NCBI GenBank assembly: GCA_963732385.1
Contig: CAVSZB010000008.1
Span: forward strand, 192,001-256,000
Length of the DNA stretch: 64,000 nt
DNA from: an uncultured bacterium
Lineage (GTDB): Bacteria; Krumholzibacteriota; Krumholzibacteriia; LZORAL124-64-63
Reading direction: 5' to 3'
Shown: piece by piece, positions 57,657-64,000 of the stretch
Layout: each line of letters opens with the position of its first letter
How positions within the stretch are numbered: position 1 is the stretch's first letter
The notes under the pieces: model-generated
Told to the model about the DNA's origin: nothing
Database searches by the model: none
Seen by the model: the letters and a program-made list of their open reading frames with translations, nothing else
Translations under genes and position numbers: made by a program

Positions 57657-59410
57657 CGTCCCCCCTCCTCGGTCTGTGCGACGCGGCGATCGATCGCCTC
57701 GCGGTAGCGGGAAGCGTCACGCCGACGGGCCGCGGCGCGGGAGATGCCGAAGATCGCCAGGCACACCGGCACCAGGCCGACGACGAAGAGGCGCCAGCCG
57801 ACCTTTTCGCTGTCGCCCGCCGGCTTGATCGCACGTTGGGTCATCGCCTTGGAACGGATCGAGATGAGATCCGCGCCGTGCGCGAGCGCGTCGACGGCGT
57901 TGAGCAGGAAGGTGGCGTTGTCGGCGGCCTGCACGACGGAGTCGTCGAACATCTTCGCGTCGCCGATCAGGATCAGCTGCGCCGGCTTGCTCGCCAGCGG
58001 CGCCACGATGTCGGACGCGGCGTCGGCCGCTCCGGCGTCGTCGGGCCAGGACGGGACGGGACGGCCGGCGAAGGCGTCGGGGAACGTCCCGGAAACGAGG
58101 ACGGCCAGCGGTTGCGGGCCATCGAACTGCCGGTTGTTGGCGTTGAGGTGGCTGCCCGGCACGACACCCGCGGTGAACTTCTCGGTCCAGCTCTTGTCGC
58201 TGGAGGTGAACAGCGGTGTCGCCTGCAGCCTGAGGCGCTCCAGATCGGCGGTGTTGAGCACCACCGGCGTGCCCCAGAGGTAAAGCAGGCTGCCGATGCG
58301 GTTCGTGAGCGACGTGCCGGAGTTCATCTGCGGCTGCGGCACCAGGATCTGCATCGGCGCGCGCACCGGTTCGTTGGTCTGGAAGCGCATGCCGCCGACG
58401 GTCTGGGTGCGGGGTACGCTCAGGACCTGCAGGCTGCTGTCGAAGAAGTGGTCCGGTACGACGCCGAGGCCGAACGCCTTGAGCATCTCGTCCAGTCCGG
58501 ACCGGCGGGCGGTGGCGCCGATGGTGAAGCCGCCGCGCGCGCCGGGCGTGTACTCGTAGTCGTGAGCCTGCAGAGCGAGAATCACGTTCATGCCGTTGCT
58601 GAGCGCGCGGTTGATCTCGAAGGCCTGCCGCGGGTTCAGTTCGTCCGGGTTGAGGACCAGCAGCACTGCGGCGTCATCCTGGATGCGCGAGTCCTTCCCG
58701 AGCTGAACGTCCTGGACTTCGTAGTGCTCCTCCCCGAGCAGCTGCTTCACGCCCTGGTAGACGTCGCGCGGCTCGGGCGGCTGCATGCCGGCCTGCAGGT
58801 ACATCATCATCGTCTGCTGGTCGATCTGCTGCCGCGGCGCGAACACGGCCACCCGGGCCTGCCGCTCGGTGGTGAGCCGGTAGACCCGCGAGACCAGCTC
58901 GTATTCCAGCGTGGCGAGCGACTGGGGCAGGACCTGGGGGATGACCTCTTCCGGCTTGTCCTTGTAGGCGATCGTCATGGCGCTCCAGATCAGCTTGACG
59001 CCGATCTCGTCCCGTTCCACGGACTGCACCTGGAACGGCCGGAGGCCCTTCTGCGTGAGCTGGTTCTGCAGCTCCTCGTTGTTCTGCGGGTCGAAGACCT
59101 CGAACTGCAGCATGCCGTCGCTGGCGCGCTGGTAGTCGCGCAGCTTGTTGGCGATGTCGCGCTCGAGCGTCTTGAGCTCGGTCGGCATCTTGGCGAGGGG
59201 GGTGATGTAGAGCTTCACCTGCACCGGCACCTTGAGTCCGCCCAGGATCTTCACCGACGCCGGCGACATCGTGTAGAGCTGATCGTCGGTCAGGTCGATT
59301 CGCGCGCCCGGCAGGCTTCCCAGCACGAGGGTGAGGAAGACCGTGATCGCCAGCAGCAGGGCCGCGGCGACGCCGAAGGTGACGCGGAAGTTCGTGCGCT
59401 TGCGTGTCAT
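57653..59410 (-). CDS. GldG-like ABC auxiliary component
   Basis: RIDLTDDQLYTMS, LEYEL, LIGDAKMF, NATFLLNAVD, IRSK, terminal TM. Confidence 0.85.
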   Translation of the reverse strand: MTRKRTNFRVTFGVAAALLLAITVFLTLVLGSLPGARIDLTDDQLYTMSPASVKILGGLKVPVQVKLYITPLAKMPTELKTLERDIANKLRDYQRASDGMLQFEVFDPQNNEELQNQLTQKGLRPFQVQSVERDEIGVKLIWSAMTIAYKDKPEEVIPQVLPQSLATLEYELVSRVYRLTTERQARVAVFAPRQQIDQQTMMMYLQAGMQPPEPRDVYQGVKQLLGEEHYEVQDVQLGKDSRIQDDAAVLLVLNPDELNPRQAFEINRALSNGMNVILALQAHDYEYTPGARGGFTIGATARRSGLDEMLKAFGLGVVPDHFFDSSLQVLSVPRTQTVGGMRFQTNEPVRAPMQILVPQPQMNSGTSLTNRIGSLLYLWGTPVVLNTADLERLRLQATPLFTSSDKSWTEKFTAGVVPGSHLNANNRQFDGPQPLAVLVSGTFPDAFAGRPVPSWPDDAGAADAASDIVAPLASKPAQLILIGDAKMFDDSVVQAADNATFLLNAVDALAHGADLISIRSKAMTQRAIKPAGDSEKVGWRLFVVGLVPVCLAIFGISRAAARRRDASRYREAIDRRVAQTEEGGR

Positions 59411-59411
59411 C

Positions 59412-60137
59412 TCAGTACTTCCTCCCTTCCAGCCAGAGGTTGTTCAGGACGAGAAAGACGGTCGTGAGGCCGAGAAAGTAGGCCAGGTCGGCCGGCTCGA
59501 TCACACCGCGCGTCAACGATGCGAAGTGCGGCATGAGTCCGAGGGAGTTCTGCAGGAAGGAGCCGAACCCTCCGAACCAGCCGTCGATGGTCGAGGCGAT
59601 CGCCGGCATGCCGAGCAGAAAGAGCACGAAGCAGCCGACCATGCCGAGGATGAAGGCCGAGATCTGGTCGCGCATCAGGCCCGACGTGAAGATGCCGACC
59701 GCCATGTAGAGCGCGCCCAGCAGCACCGCGCCGAGGTAGCCGGCCGCGATCGCCCCGCCGTCGGGGTTGCCCAGCACGTTCACCATGATCGGCACCGGGA
59801 GCGTGCCGGCCAGCGCCACCAGATAGAACGAGGTGGCCGCGAGGTACTTGCCGAGCATGACCTCGGAGGAGCGCATCGGCAGCGTCATCAACAGCTCGAA
59901 AGTACCGTTGCGTTTGTCCTCGGCCCAGAGGCGCATGGTCAGGGCGGGAATGAAGAAGATCAGAAACAGCGGCAGATTGCCGAAGAAGTCGCGCATGTCG
60001 GCCTGGCCGGAGAGGAAGAACGGCGTCATGAAGAGGCCGCAGTTGAGGGCCAGGAAGACGATGATGAAGATGTACGCGATCGGGCTGTTGAAGTACGCCG
60101 CGAATTCGCGCCGGAAGATCGTGACGACGTTAGACAT
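59412..60137 (-). CDS. GldF-like ABC permease
   Basis: REFAAYFNSPIAY, PALTMRLWAEDKRNGTFELL.T.P, GKY. Confidence 0.9.
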   Translation of the reverse strand: MSNVVTIFRREFAAYFNSPIAYIFIIVFLALNCGLFMTPFFLSGQADMRDFFGNLPLFLIFFIPALTMRLWAEDKRNGTFELLMTLPMRSSEVMLGKYLAATSFYLVALAGTLPVPIMVNVLGNPDGGAIAAGYLGAVLLGALYMAVGIFTSGLMRDQISAFILGMVGCFVLFLLGMPAIASTIDGWFGGFGSFLQNSLGLMPHFASLTRGVIEPADLAYFLGLTTVFLVLNNLWLEGRKY

Positions 60138-60969
60138 GACGCGCCGCCCCCTTGCCGGCCGCCGACCGTTTGGTCAGGGCGATGAAGAGATCTTCGAGGG
60201 CGATCCGGGATTTGTGCAGCTCGACCAGTTCGCCGGCCCGACCGCGCGCCAGCGTCGTGGCGGCCGCATCGACATCGCGCTCGAACAGCGGGTCGCCGCC
60301 GAGCGTCTGCCGGGCGAGGTCGCCGATCCGGCCGTCGGCCACGATGCGCCCCTCGTTGATGATGACCACCCGGTCGGTGACCGGCGGCACTTCCTGCAGG
60401 ATGTGCGTCGAGAAGATGATGCTCTTCTTGGTCGCGAGGCTGCGGATCAGGTCGCGGATGCCGAGGATCTGCAGCGGGTCGAGACCGCTCGTCGGCTCGT
60501 CGAGGATCAGGATGTCGGGGTCGTGGATCAGCGCCTGGGCGAGACCGGTGCGCTGACGGAAGCCCTTCGACAACTCCATGATCGGCTTCTTCAGTTCGCT
60601 GCCCAGGCCACAGGCGTCGACGCACCAGTCGAACCGCTCTCTGAGACGCGGTCCCTGCAGGCCGCGCGCCCTGCCCACGAACTCCAGATATTCCTGCACA
60701 TTCATGTCGACGTAGAGCGGGACGTTCTCGGGCAGGTACCCGATCCGGCCGCGCACCGCCAGCGGTTGTTCCCGGACGTCGATCCCCGCCACCGTCACCG
60801 TGCCCTCGTCGGGCGCGAGAAAGGTGGTGATGATCTTCATCGCCGTGCTCTTGCCGGCTCCGTTCGGGCCCAGGAAGCCGAGGATTTCGCCCTCGCCCAG
60901 GCGGAAGGAGACAGCATCGAGCGCGACGGTCGTCCCGAACCGCTTTGTCACGTCGCGTACCTCGATCAT
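60130..60969 (-). CDS. GldA-like ABC ATPase
   Basis: GPNGAGKST, LSKGFRQR, LDEPTSGLDP, STHILQE. Confidence 0.9.
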   Translation of the reverse strand: MIEVRDVTKRFGTTVALDAVSFRLGEGEILGFLGPNGAGKSTAMKIITTFLAPDEGTVTVAGIDVREQPLAVRGRIGYLPENVPLYVDMNVQEYLEFVGRARGLQGPRLRERFDWCVDACGLGSELKKPIMELSKGFRQRTGLAQALIHDPDILILDEPTSGLDPLQILGIRDLIRSLATKKSIIFSTHILQEVPPVTDRVVIINEGRIVADGRIGDLARQTLGGDPLFERDVDAAATTLARGRAGELVELHKSRIALEDLFIALTKRSAAGKGAARHV

Positions 60970-61179
60970 CGCGTGACTCCTCAGGGGACGGGTGGTGATA
61001 GGGGGTGGAACACTCACCATACCGCAGAGCGAGACCGGCAAAGCGCCCGGCGTTTCGGATCCGGCGATATGGAAGGGGCAATATACAGGAAGTTGGCGTC
61101 CCGGTTCCAGTCTTCTGCCGTGCGCGGCATCGACAGGGGAGGCGCGCGCGGTTAGGATCGGGGCGCTAGGGAGGCTGAG

Positions 61180-61614
61180 TTGGCGAAAGAAGGACGAAAA
61201 GGCCCGCCGCCGCCGCCCCGGGCGTGGGAATACACGCTGCCGGGCGGCTGGACGGTGCTGGCGGGCCGGACCGACGCGGATAACGAGCGTCTCAGCCTCG
61301 AGGTGGCGAGCGCCGATGACTGGTGGTTCCACCTGCGCGGCGCGCCGGGCAGCCATGTCATCCTGCGGGCGCGCCAGGGGTTCGAGCCGGACCGCGACAC
61401 GCTGCGCGCCGCAGCGGCGATCGCCGCCTGGCACAGCAAGGCGCGTCACGGCGGGATCCAGCCGGTCTCCTGCACGCGCGGGCGTTTCGTGGGCAAGCCG
61501 CGCGGCGCACCGACCGGCACGGTCGAAATCCGGCGTGAGACGGTGCTCAAAGTGCGTCCGGGACTCCCCCCGGGCGCCGGTCCTGACGACACGGAAGAAG
61601 GGGACGACGCATGA
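61180..61614 (+). CDS. Stand-alone NFACT-R (DUF814) RNA-binding protein
   Basis: GRTDADNERL, DWWFH..GAPGSHV, AA..AAWHSK, KP.GAP.G.V. Confidence 0.85.
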   Translation: MAKEGRKGPPPPPRAWEYTLPGGWTVLAGRTDADNERLSLEVASADDWWFHLRGAPGSHVILRARQGFEPDRDTLRAAAAIAAWHSKARHGGIQPVSCTRGRFVGKPRGAPTGTVEIRRETVLKVRPGLPPGAGPDDTEEGDDA

Positions 61615-63038
61615 GGCGCACGCGAATCATCGCCACGCTCGGGCCGGCCGTGGCCGATCCCGGGGTTCTGCAGCGGCTGCTTGCGGCGGGCACGGATGCC
61701 GTGCGGCTGAACTTTTCCCACGGCACCCACGAGGACCACGCGCGTTCGATCGTCCGCCTGCGGGAGGCGGCGGCGGGGCTCGGGCGGCCGGTGGCGATCA
61801 TCGCCGACCTGTGCGGCCCGAAGCTGCGCACCGGCCCGCTCGCCGCCGGGCCGGTGGAGCTGCGCGACGGGGAGCCGTTCACGCTCACTGCGCGCGATGT
61901 CCCCGGCGATGCGCACGAGACCGGCCTGTCGTGGCCGGCGCTCGCGCGCGACGTGCGCGTCGGCGACGCCCTGCTGCTCGACGACGGCGCCCTCGAACTC
62001 AGGGTGGAGTCGACCGACGGCACCGACGTGCGCTGTGTCGTGGTGCGGGGCGGTCTCCTCGGCGCCCGCAAGGGGATCAACCTGCCGCACACACCGGTCA
62101 GCGCGCCGGCCCTCACGGAGAAGGACCGCGCCGACCTCGCCTTCGGGCTGTCCCACGGCATCGACGCGGTGATGCTCTCGTTCGTGCGCCGTCCGGAGGA
62201 TCTGCAGGAGACGCGGGCCCTGATGCGCGCGGCCGGCGCCGACGCCCTGCTCTACGCCAAGATCGAGCGAGCCGAGGCGGTGGCGCGCGTGGACGCCCTG
62301 CTGCCGCACTGCGACGGCATCGTCGTGGCGCGCGGCGATCTCGGCGTGGAGATTCCGCTCGAGGGGGTGCCGCCGGCCCAGAAACTGCTCATCGACAAAG
62401 CGCTGCAGGCGGGCAAGCTCTGCATCACGGCCACCCAGATGCTCAAGTCGATGGTGGAAAGCTCCCGGCCGACGCGCGCCGAGGTCTCCGACGTGGCCAA
62501 CGCCGTGCTCGATGGCAGCGACGGTCTGCTCCTGACCGAGGAGACCGCGGCGGGGCGTTATCCGGTGGAGGCGGTGGCCATGATGGCGCGTGTCGTCGAG
62601 GCGGCCGAGTCGATCTTCCCGCACCGCACCTGGGAGCACCGCTTCGATCCCCGCGCCCGCTCCGGCGCGCCCGAGGCGGTGGCCCATGCCGCGGTGCGCA
62701 TGGCGGCCGAACTGGGCGCTGCCGCGATCATCACCCTGACCCGCTCCGGCAGCACCACGCAGCTGGTGGCGCGCTGGCGGCCGGTCCAGCCGGTGCTTGC
62801 GCTGACCCCCGAGCCGTCGGTGATGCGGCGGCTGAGCCTGGTGTGGGGGGCGCAGCCGGCGCTGCTGGATGCCGAGCAGGATGGCGATCTGCTGCAGACC
62901 CAGGCGCTGGCGGCCTGCGCCCGTTCCGGCCTGGCGCGTCCGGGCGATACGGTCGTTTTGACCGCCGGCTGGCCGCTCTCCGCAGCCGGCGGCACGAACC
63001 TGATCCGGGTGGCGAAGGTGCCGGCTCTGGAGGGGTAG
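61611..63038 (+). CDS. pyk: Pyruvate kinase
   Basis: TLGPA, RLNFSHG, DDG, KGINLP, AKIE, ARGDLGVE, ATQML, PTRAEVSDVANA. Confidence 0.95.
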   Translation: MRRTRIIATLGPAVADPGVLQRLLAAGTDAVRLNFSHGTHEDHARSIVRLREAAAGLGRPVAIIADLCGPKLRTGPLAAGPVELRDGEPFTLTARDVPGDAHETGLSWPALARDVRVGDALLLDDGALELRVESTDGTDVRCVVVRGGLLGARKGINLPHTPVSAPALTEKDRADLAFGLSHGIDAVMLSFVRRPEDLQETRALMRAAGADALLYAKIERAEAVARVDALLPHCDGIVVARGDLGVEIPLEGVPPAQKLLIDKALQAGKLCITATQMLKSMVESSRPTRAEVSDVANAVLDGSDGLLLTEETAAGRYPVEAVAMMARVVEAAESIFPHRTWEHRFDPRARSGAPEAVAHAAVRMAAELGAAAIITLTRSGSTTQLVARWRPVQPVLALTPEPSVMRRLSLVWGAQPALLDAEQDGDLLQTQALAACARSGLARPGDTVVLTAGWPLSAAGGTNLIRVAKVPALEG

Positions 63039-63040
63039 CG

Positions 63041-63817
63041 ATGTTCGGTTTCAAGGCGAGGCGGCGCCGGCGCCTGCTGGCCACGCCGCTGCCGCCGGCG
63101 TGGGAAGCGATCCTGCGCGATGAGGTGGCGCTGTACGCCCGGCTGCCGGTGGCCGACCAGGCCGAGCTGCGCGGTCTCGCGCAGGTCGTCCTGGCGGAGA
63201 AGCGCTTCGAGGGGTGTGGTGGCCTGGCGCTGGACGACCGCATGCGCGTCGTAATCGCCGGGCAGGCCTGCCTGCTGCTGCTGCACCGCGCCGGCGACTT
63301 CTTTCCCCGCCTGCAGTCGGTGCTCGTCTACCCCGTGCCCTTCGTCACCAACGAGGAGCTGGAGGAGGTCGACGGCATCGTCGGCGAGGACGATGGCGAG
63401 CGGCTCGGCGAATCGTGGGGGCAGGGGGCGCTGGTGCTGTCGTGGCAGGACGTGGCGCTCGACCTCACGGCCCCCGACGACGGCTTCAACGTCGTCCTGC
63501 ACGAATTCGCCCACCAGATCGACGAGGAGTACGGCATCTCGGACGGCACGGCCCCGTTCGCCGGCACGGAGGGGGCGCGGTGGGCCGAGGTGTGGGAGAG
63601 CGAGTTCGCGCAGCACGCGGCCGACGTGCGCCGGGGCAAGCGGACCTTCGTCGACGAATACGGCGCCGACGATCCGGGCGAGTTCTTCGCCGTCGCCACG
63701 GAGCATTTTTTCGAGGAGCCGCGCGAACTGCGCGCGCGTCACCCGCGGTTGTACGAGCAGCTGCGGCTGTTCTACCGGCAGGACCCCGCCGCGTGGGGCC
63801 TGGCCGGCAGGGAGTGA
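63041..63817 (+). CDS. MtfA/M90-family zinc peptidase
   Basis: IAGQAC, VYP, GESW..G..LSW, NVVLHEFAHQID, EFFAVATE.FF. Confidence 0.9.
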   Translation: MFGFKARRRRRLLATPLPPAWEAILRDEVALYARLPVADQAELRGLAQVVLAEKRFEGCGGLALDDRMRVVIAGQACLLLLHRAGDFFPRLQSVLVYPVPFVTNEELEEVDGIVGEDDGERLGESWGQGALVLSWQDVALDLTAPDDGFNVVLHEFAHQIDEEYGISDGTAPFAGTEGARWAEVWESEFAQHAADVRRGKRTFVDEYGADDPGEFFAVATEHFFEEPRELRARHPRLYEQLRLFYRQDPAAWGLAGRE

Positions 63818-63845
63818 AGCGGGGAGGCGCCGCTCAGTCCACCGC

Positions 63846-64000
63846 TCAGCCGTCCCGCTCCACGTTGACGACCTGTCCCCCGACCACGACCGCCCGCGCC
63901 GACGTCGGCTGGCAGAGCAGCAGCGCCGCCACCCGGTCGCCGACGCGGTCGTGGCCGAGGTCGTCGAGCGAGAAGATCGCAAGGTCGCAGGCGCGACCCG
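63846..64000 (-). CDS. 3' end of an amidohydrolase (8-oxoguanine deaminase-like), partial
   Basis: Manual translation GRACDLAIFSLDDLGH...DRVAALLLCQP...VVVGGQVV*; not in the ORF track. Confidence 0.65.
   Translation of the reverse strand, partial: GRACDLAIFSLDDLGHDRVGDRVAALLLCQPTSARAVVVGGQVVNVERDG

Overview
High-GC bacterial chromosomal window with about 50 genes. No rRNA, tRNA, CRISPR array, integrase or transposase was recognised. Three secreted proteins ending in a PNPFNP/FlgD-Ig-type C-terminal domain, plus an Omp28-TlpA-DUF6029 operon, suggest an FCB-superphylum organism such as Krumholzibacteriota, Latescibacterota or Eisenbacteria (inference). Contents in order: a hybrid His kinase preceded by a candidate sigma54-driven structured small RNA; a fur-feoB-(unlisted 9-Cys protein)-dtxR/FeoA-alr-terB operon; an orphan lipoprotein; a Na+/H+ antiporter-type transporter; GT4; a four-gene envelope thiol-redox-like operon; marC; maeB; an ABC-2 exporter; sthA; a REC-HK; a stand-alone dnaE2 split by a -1 frameshift at a T_TTC_CCC heptamer, with a direct-repeat operator filling its promoter spacer; a heavy-metal P1B ATPase; an M14 carboxypeptidase; fadN-fadA-fadE with a divergent TetR and visible operators; TPR; DUF523/DUF1722; AAA_14/DUF4143; GT2 plus a barrel; a secreted metalloprotease; an MDH with a 5-residue catalytic-loop insertion; an ssnA-ygeY-ygeW-like-orf-thrC-like cluster; a GldA/F/G-DUF4340-type ABC system; NFACT-R, pyk and an MtfA-like peptidase; and the 3' end of an amidohydrolase. 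All family calls come from motifs read by eye; no database searches were run.
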